DNA of 64,000 nucleotides from an uncultured delta proteobacterium. Its GTDB lineage: Bacteria; Myxococcota_A; Polyangia; Polyangiales; Houyiibacteriaceae. The position numbers were made by a program, and so were the translations under genes. Of the stretch, positions 1 through 9,571 are shown one piece after another; the first letter of the stretch is position 1; every line of letters begins with the position of its first letter. Below the pieces are notes generated by a model. The model saw nothing but the letters and a program-made list of their open reading frames with translations. It had not been told where the DNA came from and did not search any database. The stretch lies in the NCBI GenBank assembly GCA_963699755.1, contig CAVOVB010000010.1, forward strand, positions 64,001 through 128,000, given 5' to 3'.

Positions 1-448
1 GGTAGGTGTAATAGTCCCAGCGGCCGCTGGTGCGGACCATGAAGCGTGTCTCGACAGCGCGGCGGCTCTCCGGATCGCCCGCCGCAAACTCGAATCCGAA
101 AACCTTGATCAGAACACTTCCGTCCGGATAGCGCCACGACCCGTTCTCGGAGATGCTGATTCGTTCGGGGCTCGGCACGACCATGTATCGCGGCTTGAAC
201 GCGCCATCGGTCCAGAGCGCGGAATTGACCTCGTAGGGAATGAGATCGGGTCCGGGCTCGAGCGCCTTGAGGTCGACGAAACAGCCGGTGTCGGAAAGGC
301 GCGCCGGCATGCCCTCGGATAGATCGGGCAGACAGGTCTGCACCTCGGGACGTGGCTGCAAAGCAGGACCCGCCCGCGACGAACCATCGTCTCCGCAGCT
401 CATCAAGAGGAGGGCCAAAAGGCAGCCCCCAGTTTGCCTGTACCCCAT
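1..448 (-). CDS. Lipoprotein, SO2930/HNE_0200-like (diheme cytochrome c family), 3' end outside window
   Basis: Not in ORF track. Hand translation from ATG 448: MGYRQTGGCLLALLLMSCGDDG...LSDTGCF...LIPYEVNSALWTDGAFKPRY...YPDGSVLIKVF...RAVETRFMV...W, open to the window edge. Lipobox-like LMSC. PY.VNS.LW.DGA.K and ETR motifs resemble this family; heme motifs would lie beyond the window. Confidence 0.6.
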   Translation of the reverse strand, partial: MGYRQTGGCLLALLLMSCGDDGSSRAGPALQPRPEVQTCLPDLSEGMPARLSDTGCFVDLKALEPGPDLIPYEVNSALWTDGAFKPRYMVVPSPERISISENGSWRYPDGSVLIKVFGFEFAAGDPESRRAVETRFMVRTSGRWDYYTY

Positions 449-497
449 GGCTCTTCTGTAGCCCAAAAGGCCGCGCGACCCAAACTCCGGGACGAGC

Positions 498-1406
498 TTA
501 GCTTGCGCGAGCCCTCTCCTCGACCTTTTTCCAGCGAAAAGGTGAAAGCAGATGGTCCCAGTATCCCCTCGGAAAGTTCGGCAAAGCTTCGATGCCGATC
601 TCCGTCGGGGGCTCGCAGCCACTCGGCAAGAACCGAGACCGAAACACGATGTCCCAGAAGATGAGATTGGCCCCGTAGTTGCTGTTCGATTCTTCGAGGC
701 GCTTGGAGTGATGCCAGCGGTGGAGCTCGGCCATGCTGAACAACCAGTTCAAGGGGCCAAGCCGGATGTCCAGGTTGGCGTGTTGGAACATGCCATGAAC
801 AGCCGTGAAAAGCGTGTGCAACGCGATGATGCGCGTGTCGGCACCCAGTAGGATCAACGGGGTCAGCGCCAAGAACTGCTGCGCGAACAAGTCGAGTGGA
901 TGAAAGCGACCCGCATTGAGCCAATAGAGCCGAGGCGCGCTGTGGTGGGCGGCGTGAAAGCGCCAAAGGAACGCGTTCTCGTGCATGAGGCGGTGAATCC
1001 AGTAGGTGCCGAGCTCGGCGATGACGAGCGCGAGCAGGAGTTGAGCGAGGAGCGGCCACTCCGCCGGCCAGAGCTTGATACCGAGCGCGTTCGAAAGCCA
1101 AGCGCCTGCGACGGTCAGCGCGCCGACGAATACGACCGCGTACACCTCCGGAATCCAGAAGTTCACCAGGTTGTGAACGAGATCGGTGCGGAGGTCGCCA
1201 TGACTGTGAAGCCATTGCTCTTGGTAGGGATGCACCCGTTCAAGGACGAGCAGCACGAGCACGACCGCACCGGTGAGCCCCATCGCGGTGAAGACCGGGT
1301 TCCAGCCCTGTGCAATCCCATAGACGCCGATCCCGAGCGAGCCGCCAAACACCAGAGGAAAGGACCCGTACCGCAGCGCCGCATCGATGAGCTCGGGCTT
1401 GTCCAT
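498..1406 (-). CDS. Sterol desaturase / fatty acid hydroxylase family membrane di-iron enzyme
   Basis: His boxes HRLMH, HAAHH, HANL, HRWHH; NYG motif; several TM helices. Start placed at MDKPEL. Confidence 0.88.
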   Translation of the reverse strand: MDKPELIDAALRYGSFPLVFGGSLGIGVYGIAQGWNPVFTAMGLTGAVVLVLLVLERVHPYQEQWLHSHGDLRTDLVHNLVNFWIPEVYAVVFVGALTVAGAWLSNALGIKLWPAEWPLLAQLLLALVIAELGTYWIHRLMHENAFLWRFHAAHHSAPRLYWLNAGRFHPLDLFAQQFLALTPLILLGADTRIIALHTLFTAVHGMFQHANLDIRLGPLNWLFSMAELHRWHHSKRLEESNSNYGANLIFWDIVFRSRFLPSGCEPPTEIGIEALPNFPRGYWDHLLSPFRWKKVEERARAS

Positions 1407-1423
1407 GGTTCCGCGCGATCGCC

Positions 1424-2173
1424 CTAGGTGAGCGAGTAGCCTCCATCGACCCGAATCGTCTGCCCCGTCATGAAGCGGGCGGACGAGCTTGCGAGGAAGA
1501 GGACGACGGGCGCTACGTCGTTTGGTGCGCCCCAGCGACCGAGCGGCGTCCGGTCGATGAAGGGCGTTTCGAGCGCCTCCACGCCCTTCATCAGCTTGGT
1601 CATGTTGCTTTCGATGAGACCAGGGGCGACGGCGTTCACCCGAATTCCCTCCCGGGCCCAAGTCGCTGCGAGATTCTTGGTCAGCTGAACGACGGCCGCC
1701 TTGGCCGCGCAGTACCCGGGCACGATTGGAACCGCCCGGAATGCGCCCATCGATGCGAAGTTCACCACGCTCGCTCCACCCTCGAGCTCGCTCGCGGCCA
1801 GCTTGTCTTTGCAGCCGACCGCGAGCCGATAGGCGCCGAAAAGATTGATCATGACCGACTCTTCGAAGACATCGGGCACCGCCTCGTGCTTCCCCCCTGG
1901 GAAATTTCCTCCGGCGTTGTTGACCAGGATGTCCAAGCGATCGAGCGACTGAGCCAAGGCCCCGATGGCAGCCTTGTCGCTCAGCTGCAGCTGCCGGTAC
2001 TCGTATGCAGAGAGGTCGCCCTCGTACTCGCTCGCCGAAGCACGGGTTCCGGTGATCATGACCTCGGCGTCAGCATCGATGAAGGCCTTCGCAATCGCTG
2101 CACCGATCCCATTCGAGCCTCCGGTCACGAGAACCCGGGCACCCGAGAAATCAAATGTTGCGACGTTGCTCAC
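1424..2173 (-). CDS. Short-chain dehydrogenase/reductase (SDR)
   Basis: TGGSNGIG, NNAG, YCAAK, VNAVAPG, DGG. GTG start overlaps the upstream stop. Confidence 0.92.
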   Translation of the reverse strand: MSNVATFDFSGARVLVTGGSNGIGAAIAKAFIDADAEVMITGTRASASEYEGDLSAYEYRQLQLSDKAAIGALAQSLDRLDILVNNAGGNFPGGKHEAVPDVFEESVMINLFGAYRLAVGCKDKLAASELEGGASVVNFASMGAFRAVPIVPGYCAAKAAVVQLTKNLAATWAREGIRVNAVAPGLIESNMTKLMKGVEALETPFIDRTPLGRWGAPNDVAPVVLFLASSSARFMTGQTIRVDGGYSLT

Positions 2174-3180
2174 TAAATCACCTCTTGGTCGATATCGATC
2201 ATCACTTTGCCGCCGGCGCATGGATCGCTCGCGACGTCGATGCCTTCGCTGATTCGTTCGAGTGGGAAGCGATGGGTGATCATCGGCGAAAGGTCCCAGC
2301 GGGTCAGAAGGTCGACGGCCTCGCCGTAGTCAGCCGGGTACTCCATCGCGCCACGAATCGTCATCTGCTTCATCATCACCCAGAGAAAGCTGACGTTGAC
2401 CGACTGCTCGTGCAGCGCCACCACGGTGAGCCGAGACTCTGCCTTGGCGTTCTGCAATACGTCCGTGATCACCTTGCCCGTGCCAGACGCCTCGACGTAC
2501 GCGTCGGTGCCCGCCATGGGCGCGCCCAACAGCGGGACTTCGCCATGAAGCTTCCTGAGCTCAGTCCATGGGTCCTGCTCCGCCGCGTGGATCGTCGCCC
2601 GCGCGCCGAGCGCGGCTGCCAACTCGAGCCGGCGCGCCGAAAGATCGACGGCGACGACGTCCTCGACGCCGCGGTCCCGTAGGGTTGCGATCGCCGAAAG
2701 CCCGATCGGACCGGCCCCGAAAACAGCAACCTTGTCGCCGGCCGTGACGTCGGTCCGGTCGACGGCATTCATCCCAACGCCCAGCGGCTCCGAGAGCGCG
2801 GCGAGGTGCATGGGCAGCTCGTCAGGAATCGGAAAGAGGCAACCGCCATCGGCTGCGTTCCGAACCAGCAGCGCCTGCGTGAAGCCGCCCTCCGAGCCGC
2901 CGTTGCCGATCATGTTCGCCGAAGCGGTCGGATTGAGGACGACCCGCGTTCCCGGCGCGAGATGCGACACCTCGGCACCGACCGACTCGATGACGCCGGC
3001 AAGCTCGTGTCCGAGCGGCATGTGACGCCGAAGACCGCCCATCCGAACGTAGCGAACGTCGGTCCCGCAGACACCGCAGGCCGCGACCCGCAGGACCGCG
3101 TCACGCGGACCTGGTTTCGGTGTTTCCACATCGTCGAGCTGAACCTTGCCCGGACCGTAAATCCTGACCTGCTGGATCAT
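2173..3180 (-). CDS. Zinc-binding (MDR) alcohol dehydrogenase
   Basis: CGVCGTD, LGHE, GAGPIG. The 4-Cys structural zinc lobe is absent. Confidence 0.9.
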   Translation of the reverse strand: MIQQVRIYGPGKVQLDDVETPKPGPRDAVLRVAACGVCGTDVRYVRMGGLRRHMPLGHELAGVIESVGAEVSHLAPGTRVVLNPTASANMIGNGGSEGGFTQALLVRNAADGGCLFPIPDELPMHLAALSEPLGVGMNAVDRTDVTAGDKVAVFGAGPIGLSAIATLRDRGVEDVVAVDLSARRLELAAALGARATIHAAEQDPWTELRKLHGEVPLLGAPMAGTDAYVEASGTGKVITDVLQNAKAESRLTVVALHEQSVNVSFLWVMMKQMTIRGAMEYPADYGEAVDLLTRWDLSPMITHRFPLERISEGIDVASDPCAGGKVMIDIDQEVI

Positions 3181-4436
3181 CTCTCTGCCTCGACGGGAAA
3201 CCGTTCGTAATAGAACTCGAAACGCTTGCGAAGCGCGTCCGGATCAACGCCAAAATCGCCTTGGAGGTCGTACACGATGCGGCCGTACTTCCCGCGTGGG
3301 TGTTGGGCCATGTAGCATTCGAGCTCGGCCCGCGCCGCATCGGTCGTCTCGAGCCCGGCAAGCTCGTAGATGCGCTCCACCATCGCCACATCGCCGGCCA
3401 TGAACTCGTGGAAGAGCACGTCGATGCTTCGCGACGCGGGCAGAAGCTCCCGATCGCGCACGCAAGCCCGCAACAGGCGTTCGATTCGGTCGCTCCAGTA
3501 GGCGGCCACCGCCGGCGGGTCTACCCGGGTACGTCGGAGCCGGTCGCCGTAGCTGAGCATCGTGATCGCCGAAGCGACTACCGAGACCGGGTCGCGATGG
3601 GTGAGCGCCACGGTCGCGTCCGGAAAGGTCTCGATGAGCGGCCCGAGCTGCTCCAGGTGTTGCGGCGACTTGAGGACCCAGCGATCGGGCCCTTTGATCC
3701 ATTGCAAGGCCTTGAGCACCTTCTTCATGTACGCGTAGTGCGGACGCTGGTCGTGCGCGTAGTAGTAGTCCCGCCACCGAGGGACCAGCGCGAGCCATTC
3801 GGGTTGATAAGACGAGAAATCGAGATTCGCTAGCTCGATTTCTTCGTGTGCGTGGTCGGGGGCCAGGTCGTGCATGTTCCGCAGGAGCGGCGCAACCTGG
3901 CCCAGCATTCGATGCTCCTCGGCGCACCTCCGATAGCGCGGGTCCTGCTCTTTGGGCAGGCGAGCGACACTGCGATCGGGAATGGGCTCGAGGCTCTCCC
4001 AGTAAGGTAGCGAGCGGAGACGGCTGTCTGCCGCGATCAAGTTGAGCAAGTGGGTCGTGCCGGAGCGGGGAAGCCCGGCGATGATGATCGGGTTGCGGAT
4101 CTCGACGTCGAGAATTTCCGGATGACGTGCGAGCAGGTCGACGAAGCGCAATCGATTTGCCGCGTAGCGCACCATGTCGCCAAAGAATCGGACTTGGCCC
4201 ATCGGACCGAGCTCGATGTCCTCGTCGACCGCCTGGCACCAGACCGCGAGGCGCTCGCGGAAGTCGTCGGGCCCGAAATCGCAAAGCCCCGTTCGCTTCC
4301 GGGCCTCTCCCAAGACCGCATCCTCGGTGAAGCGAACGTCTGCGCCGCGAAAACCTTCGGTCACCATCTTCTGCATTGGCGTGAGCACGGGAGCGCACAG
4401 GTCCCCGATTCGAATCTCGTCTGGCCTACTGGTCAC
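3177..4436 (-). CDS. Sulfotransferase family protein
   Basis: 5'-PSB loop GLPRSGTTHL, WVLKSPQH, THRDP..V.S (3'-PB); mycobacterial Stf-like. Confidence 0.9.
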   Translation of the reverse strand: MTSRPDEIRIGDLCAPVLTPMQKMVTEGFRGADVRFTEDAVLGEARKRTGLCDFGPDDFRERLAVWCQAVDEDIELGPMGQVRFFGDMVRYAANRLRFVDLLARHPEILDVEIRNPIIIAGLPRSGTTHLLNLIAADSRLRSLPYWESLEPIPDRSVARLPKEQDPRYRRCAEEHRMLGQVAPLLRNMHDLAPDHAHEEIELANLDFSSYQPEWLALVPRWRDYYYAHDQRPHYAYMKKVLKALQWIKGPDRWVLKSPQHLEQLGPLIETFPDATVALTHRDPVSVVASAITMLSYGDRLRRTRVDPPAVAAYWSDRIERLLRACVRDRELLPASRSIDVLFHEFMAGDVAMVERIYELAGLETTDAARAELECYMAQHPRGKYGRIVYDLQGDFGVDPDALRKRFEFYYERFPVEAER

Positions 4437-5719
4437 TCTTCTTCCTCAGGCGTCGACGCCTCGAAGGCCGAACGCAGATCGGCGAGCTGCTTGCGAAGCC
4501 ACTGCGTGAGCCAGAAGTTCTCGCTTTCGCCTTCCAACTGCTCATGCGCGCGGATCATCACCGCCAGCGCAGCGCGGTTGCTCGGCGATGCATCGAGCGC
4601 AGCTTCGGCGAGGTGGATCGCATGGAGCGGCTGCCCCGAAGCCAAGCGCTCGCTGGCCCGCGCCGCGACAGGTTCGGCCCCGCCCGCAAGATCGACCAGG
4701 TCCGCGTGGACGCTCTGGGCGGGCACCGCAAAGAGCTCGGTCGTCGAGCGGTGGTGAAACCAGCCTGCATAGTTCTCCCAAATCGCGCGCACGCTCCAGG
4801 AAACCTTGCCGTAACCCTGCCCAACCTCCAGCTCCGGCGGAAGCTGAATCTCCTGCATCAGGGTGTGAACGTCCTTGCCGAGGTTCATGCCCCGAACGGT
4901 CTGGTCGTGGACGTATCGAACCGCGTCGCGCAACCTGGTCAGCTCTTCGCGAATCGTCTCTTTCCCGGCGACCGGACCGTGATGCCCGGTTAGGAGCAGC
5001 TCGGGTCCGAGGGCGAGCACCGTCTCGAGCGATTCGATGAATCGCAGGGCCTCGCGATAGCGGTCGCCGCGAACCGTCACCAGGTTCGGAAAATGTCCGA
5101 AAAGCGCGCTGAAGAGATTGCCAGTGAAACAGATGCCGTGCTGGGGTAGCCAGATCACCATCGAGTCGGTCGTCTCACCGCCAGGAGTCCAAATGAGCTC
5201 CATGCGAAGCTCTCCGAGCGCGAGCTCGTGGCGCACGTCGAAGGTGATGTCGGGAGTGGGCCTCGACTGCGGATGGATACTGCCCCCAGCCTGCTCCTGG
5301 ATGAACTTCCAGGCGCGTGCGATCGCATCCGCAAAGGCAAACGCGCTTCGCGACGCCCGAAACGAAGCGATGCGCGCATCGTCGGCCTGATGTGCCAAAT
5401 TATTGGCGTGCGCGACGAGCTTGGTCCCTTCCTCGCGCATCAGGTCGACACCGCCGACGTGGTCGACGTGGCCTTGCGTCAGCAAGATATAGCGAACGGG
5501 GCTGTCATCGACAGCATCGTAGTTCCGCTTGTGAATCGGCGCCTCGAACCCCATTCCGGTGTTGACCACCACGCGCCCTTCGGACGTCGTGATCAGATAC
5601 GAGTTGGACAGGCCTTCGGATAGATAGATGAAGTCGTTGATCGGTCGGGCCTCGGGCTGCGATGCCGGCTGAATGTCGAAACCGGTCGGGCGGGAGCGGT
5701 AGAGCGGCGTCGCGGTCAT
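4433..5719 (-). CDS. Alkyl sulfatase-like MBL-fold hydrolase with dimerization domain
   Basis: TQGHVDHVGG, GGET.D, FPNL.T.RG.RYR, YGKVSWSVRAIWENYAGWF resemble the SdsA1/Pisa1 family. Confidence 0.85.
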   Translation of the reverse strand: MTATPLYRSRPTGFDIQPASQPEARPINDFIYLSEGLSNSYLITTSEGRVVVNTGMGFEAPIHKRNYDAVDDSPVRYILLTQGHVDHVGGVDLMREEGTKLVAHANNLAHQADDARIASFRASRSAFAFADAIARAWKFIQEQAGGSIHPQSRPTPDITFDVRHELALGELRMELIWTPGGETTDSMVIWLPQHGICFTGNLFSALFGHFPNLVTVRGDRYREALRFIESLETVLALGPELLLTGHHGPVAGKETIREELTRLRDAVRYVHDQTVRGMNLGKDVHTLMQEIQLPPELEVGQGYGKVSWSVRAIWENYAGWFHHRSTTELFAVPAQSVHADLVDLAGGAEPVAARASERLASGQPLHAIHLAEAALDASPSNRAALAVMIRAHEQLEGESENFWLTQWLRKQLADLRSAFEASTPEEEE

Positions 5720-5768
5720 AGTCTTGCAGAGGGCGGAATAGCCGAGGATAGCTGCGCTCCGGCGACCG

Positions 5769-5777
5769 TGCTAGAGT
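5769..5777 (+). promoter_or_regulatory. Extended -10 promoter of the TPP riboswitch/thiC transcript
   Basis: TG-C-TAGAGT ends 5 nt before riboswitch P1. Confidence 0.5.
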
Positions 5778-5782
5778 CCCTC

Positions 5783-5885
5783 TCGCTCGGGGCGCCACAA
5801 TGGGCTGAGAAGAACCCGTCGAACCTGATCCGGTTTGGACCGGCGTAGGGAAGCGAACCATCGGCTTCTTCCCTGCAGGAGGAGC
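5783..5885 (+). ncRNA. TPP riboswitch with translational expression platform
   Basis: P1 TCGCT/AGCGA; GGGGCGCC..GGCTGAGA..ACCCGTCGAACCTGATCCGGTTTGGACCGGCGTAGGGAAG. GCTTCTTC (5864-5871) can pair with the SD GGAGGAGC (5878-5885); alternatively CTTCCCT can pair with aptamer AGGGAAG. Directly upstream of thiC. Confidence 0.95.
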
Positions 5886-7664
5886 ATGATGAGCGATTTC
5901 AAGATACCTCTTCGAGGCGCACACAATCCGTCGACCGGGCGCGCCGGTACCACGCCAGGCTCGTTTGCGAACGCGGCAGACATCGGCGGTCCACGGGCCT
6001 TCTCTTCGCCGGACACCCCTGGCATGCCGCAGCCGAGCGACAAGACGGCCTGGGACTTCATGCCCGAAGACTGGCGCTTCCACGATGGCCGCTGGCAAGC
6101 GCCGTCTGGCTTCGTGCCCGTGACCCAGCTCGAGCATGCACGGCTCGGAATCGTGACTCCCGAGATGGTGCGCGTTGCCGAACGCGAAACGCACCTCAGC
6201 GCAGAGCAGGTGCGCGACGAGGTGGCCGCCGGTCGCATGATCATCCCCGCCAACAGAGTCCACCTCGGCTACGAGCTCGACCCGATGTGCATCGGCCGGG
6301 CAGGCCTAACGAAGGTCAATGCGAACATGGGCGCCTCACCGGTCTCTTCGGGCACCGACGAAGAGGTCGAGAAGCTCCGCTGGGCAGAGCGCTGGGGCGC
6401 CGACACGGTGATGGACCTTTCGACTGGCGGCGACCTCGATGCGACCCGCGAGGCGATCATTCGCAAAGCGCGCGTGCCGATCGGTACGGTGCCGATCTAC
6501 TCCATGATTATCGGCCGCAGCATCGAAGAGCTGACCCTCGACGTGATTCTCGAAAGCTTGCGCCATCAGGCCGCGCAAGGCGTCGACTACTTCACGATTC
6601 ACGCCGGCGTGGCACGCGAGCACCTTTCGTTGATTCGCAAGCGCCTGATCGGCATCGTGTCACGTGGCGGATCCCTGCTCGCCAAGTGGATGCTGCACCA
6701 CGGCCACGAGAACCCGATGTACACGCACTTCGAGGCGATCTGCGACCTGATGCGCGAATACGACGTCTCCTTCTCGCTCGGCGATGGCCTCCGCCCTGGC
6801 GGCCTCGCGGATGCGACCGATGATGCGCAGCTCGGCGAGCTCGATCGCCTAGGCGAGCTGACCGAACGCGCCTGGCGAAGAGGTTGCCAGGTCATGGTCG
6901 AAGGCCCGGGCCATGTGCCCTTCGACCAGATCGAATACAACATGAAGCTCCAGCGCCAGCGTTGCCACGGAGCGCCGTTTTACGTGCTCGGCCCCCTCGT
7001 CACCGACGTGTTCCCTGGCTACGACCACATCACGAGCGCGATCGGCGCGACGGCAGCGGGCTATCACGGAGCCGCGATGCTTTGCTACGTGACGCCAAAG
7101 GAGCATCTCGGCCTGCCGAAGCGCGATGACGTGAAGCAAGGTTGCATCGCCTACAAGATCGCAGCGCATGCCTCGGACGTCGCCCTCGGCATTCCTGGCT
7201 CACGCGATTGGGACGACGACCTCACACGCGCACGCGCAGCGCTCAACTGGGAGAAGCACTTCGACCTGGCCTTCGACAGCGATACGGCTCGGGCGTTTCA
7301 CGACGAGGACCTGGACGTCGATACCGATTTCTGCGCGATGTGTGGGCATGACTGGTGCTCGGTGCGAATCTCCAAAGAGATCGTCGAGTTCGAGTCGGGC
7401 AAGGCGGATGGTTTCACTCGAGACCGCGTCATGAAGTCCCCGGCTCTGACACCCGAGCAGCAGGAGATTCTTCGCACCCGCGGCCACCTCTCTCCCGAGG
7501 AGATTCACCGCCTTGCCGGTAAAACGAAAAACGCGGTTGGCGACGGGGAAAAGGCGGCCTGCCACAGCGACGTCGTCAACGACGAAACGGAAGCTTTTCG
7601 GGTCCAGAGGCAAAAGCTGCTACAGTTGGGACGCAAGGGGAATCAGGGGGTGCGACGCGCATAG
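5886..7664 (+). CDS. thiC: Phosphomethylpyrimidine synthase ThiC
   Basis: [67 protein letters not shown] Fe-S motif; SD GGAGGAG; TPP riboswitch upstream. Confidence 0.97.
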   Translation: MMSDFKIPLRGAHNPSTGRAGTTPGSFANAADIGGPRAFSSPDTPGMPQPSDKTAWDFMPEDWRFHDGRWQAPSGFVPVTQLEHARLGIVTPEMVRVAERETHLSAEQVRDEVAAGRMIIPANRVHLGYELDPMCIGRAGLTKVNANMGASPVSSGTDEEVEKLRWAERWGADTVMDLSTGGDLDATREAIIRKARVPIGTVPIYSMIIGRSIEELTLDVILESLRHQAAQGVDYFTIHAGVAREHLSLIRKRLIGIVSRGGSLLAKWMLHHGHENPMYTHFEAICDLMREYDVSFSLGDGLRPGGLADATDDAQLGELDRLGELTERAWRRGCQVMVEGPGHVPFDQIEYNMKLQRQRCHGAPFYVLGPLVTDVFPGYDHITSAIGATAAGYHGAAMLCYVTPKEHLGLPKRDDVKQGCIAYKIAAHASDVALGIPGSRDWDDDLTRARAALNWEKHFDLAFDSDTARAFHDEDLDVDTDFCAMCGHDWCSVRISKEIVEFESGKADGFTRDRVMKSPALTPEQQEILRTRGHLSPEEIHRLAGKTKNAVGDGEKAACHSDVVNDETEAFRVQRQKLLQLGRKGNQGVRRA

Positions 7665-7688
7665 CGGCGCCCGAGGAGAGGCAAGAAA

Positions 7689-8048
7689 ATGGGAAAGAAT
7701 CTGATCGCAGGCTTGATGATCGGCCTATTGGCAATCTCGTTTGGCTGCTCGAAAGAATCCGGGGGCACCACTGCACTGTCATTGGCGAGCTTCGACTTCC
7801 CGCTCGTGTCCACCGACGTCGGAACCGGTTCCGAGGTCTATGCGGAGTTCTGCGAAGGCTGTCACCCGGGCGGGGAGAAAGGCGACGGCCCCAAGATCGC
7901 AGGTGACGGCACGTCTCCCGCCAAGATGCGCTGGCAAGTCCGGTCGGGCGGCGACGACATGCCCGCCTTCGGCCCCGACAAGATAAGCGATGCCGATCTG
8001 GAGGCTCTCCTGGCCTTCACGGAGACCTTCGGAGCCGTCAAGCGCTAG
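7689..8048 (+). CDS. Monoheme cytochrome c lipoprotein
   Basis: Lipobox ISFGC, CEGCH heme motif, distal MPAF. Confidence 0.85.
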   Translation: MGKNLIAGLMIGLLAISFGCSKESGGTTALSLASFDFPLVSTDVGTGSEVYAEFCEGCHPGGEKGDGPKIAGDGTSPAKMRWQVRSGGDDMPAFGPDKISDADLEALLAFTETFGAVKR

Positions 8049-8539
8049 CCATTCGTTCCGGCCGTGGGCGCACGGCTGCCCGTCAGGCGATAGACTTTGA
8101 TGTTCCGGTCTGTCTTGGTCACGTAGGTCTTCATTTGGGGGATCGTTTGAGCGATCTTCGGCCAGAGGATCGCTTTCTCAGAATCGGTCAGGCGGGTTGC
8201 GACGACCTTCTTGCTCTCCGCACCGAGGCGAATGCTCGCCGCCGGGTTCGCATCGAGGTTGTACGACCAGGCCGGATGCTCGGCGCCGCCGAAGTTGCTC
8301 GCCACGATCAACACATCGTCGCCATCCGCGGTGTAGCCGAGCTGCACTGTCCGCTCCTTGCCCGACTTCCTGCCTATCGTGGTCAGGGTCAGCTGGGGGA
8401 TCGTCAGCGGCCCTGAGCTGGTGAATCGACCGCCACTGAGCTTGTAAATCAGCGGGTCCACCCGTGCCGCGAAGGTCTTGACGAGCCACACCCCGAAGGG
8501 CGTGACCGACAAATTGTTGATGAAATCCCGATAGCTCAT
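8045..8539 (-). CDS. Deazaflavin (F420)-dependent nitroreductase family protein (Ddn-like)
   Basis: LTTIGRKSG.ER, VASNFG...HPAWSYNL.ANP, Y...TDR.I.V; SD GGAGG. Confidence 0.9.
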   Translation of the reverse strand: MSYRDFINNLSVTPFGVWLVKTFAARVDPLIYKLSGGRFTSSGPLTIPQLTLTTIGRKSGKERTVQLGYTADGDDVLIVASNFGGAEHPAWSYNLDANPAASIRLGAESKKVVATRLTDSEKAILWPKIAQTIPQMKTYVTKTDRNIKVYRLTGSRAPTAGTNG

Positions 8540-8577
8540 GACGCCTCCACTGCGGCGGAGCCTAGCACGGGGAGAGG

Positions 8578-9570
8578 CTACAATCCGAGCCAGCTCCTCG
8601 CATCGAGTGGTCTGGTTCCTCTGCGAACTTCGAAGAAGAGAACCGCGTCAGGTCCGCCGACGTCGAGCGTGGCGATCCGGGTACTCATGCCAACCCAATC
8701 CCCCACTTCAACCTCGGTCGAGCCGAGACCGCCGTAGACGGTGTAGAAGCTGCTCCCGTGGTCGATGATGACCATCAAGCCGTAGGCGCCGTAGTTGCGC
8801 GCAAAGGCCACCCTGCCGTCAGCTGCAGCGCGGACTGGGCCGCCGGGCCGCCCGTAGAACTCCAGGCCCGGGGCGCCTTCCCGCGAGCTCTCGCCAATTC
8901 GCATCGAACCCTGTACCGGGAGCGCCAACTCGCCCCGCATTTGCGCGAAGCCCTCGCCGAGATCGTCCATGTCCCCCGAGACGCGGATCCGACCGTAGCT
9001 CACGCTCCCGTTCTCCTCCGGCGCATCTTCGCGCTCCCCTCGGAGCGTGTCCTGGAACAGAGACGCGCTGCGGCTGCTGTGCTCGAGCTCTGCCTTCTTG
9101 GCTTCGAGCGCGAGCAAGGCAAGCTGCGCATCCTTGAGCGCATCGGCGAGCTCGTTCTTTTCGATTCGGAGCGCGGAGCCTCGCTCCCCGAGGAAGTCCA
9201 TCATGTCGAGGTCGCTCCTGACCATCCGCGAGAGACGCTGCACCCGAGCAAGGTGGCCCATGAGCGCATCGAATCCGCCCGCCACCGGCAGCATGCCAGC
9301 GCGCCGAATGCGATAGAGGGCCCGTGCCCGCTCGTGGAGGCGTCCTTCGGCCTCGTCGCGCTTCTCGGCCAGGCCTGAGATCTCGGTGTCGATCTGCGCT
9401 TGTCGCGTCTGCGCGTGTTCCACACGGGCGAGGTTTTCGGCAATCTTGCCTTCCACCGCAGCGACATCGGCCAGGCCGCCGATGCCCTGATCCTGTTCCG
9501 CCGCCGCACCGGCAGCCAGGGCCAGAAGCCAAGCCGCGATCCAAACCGAGAGTCTGCTTCTGCTCTTCAT
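8578..9570 (-). CDS. EnvC-like murein hydrolase activator (coiled coil + degenerate M23 domain)
   Basis: Signal peptide, long coiled coil, VRAAADGRV, YGLMVIIDHG, LFFEVR. Zn ligands are degenerate (YGGL). Follows ftsEX. Confidence 0.85.
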   Translation of the reverse strand: MKSRSRLSVWIAAWLLALAAGAAAEQDQGIGGLADVAAVEGKIAENLARVEHAQTRQAQIDTEISGLAEKRDEAEGRLHERARALYRIRRAGMLPVAGGFDALMGHLARVQRLSRMVRSDLDMMDFLGERGSALRIEKNELADALKDAQLALLALEAKKAELEHSSRSASLFQDTLRGEREDAPEENGSVSYGRIRVSGDMDDLGEGFAQMRGELALPVQGSMRIGESSREGAPGLEFYGRPGGPVRAAADGRVAFARNYGAYGLMVIIDHGSSFYTVYGGLGSTEVEVGDWVGMSTRIATLDVGGPDAVLFFEVRRGTRPLDARSWLGL

Positions 9571-9571
9571 G

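Noticed and set aside
8578..8900. M23 domain lacking catalytic HxH
   Set aside because: Normal for EnvC-type activators next to ftsEX; not a pseudogene.
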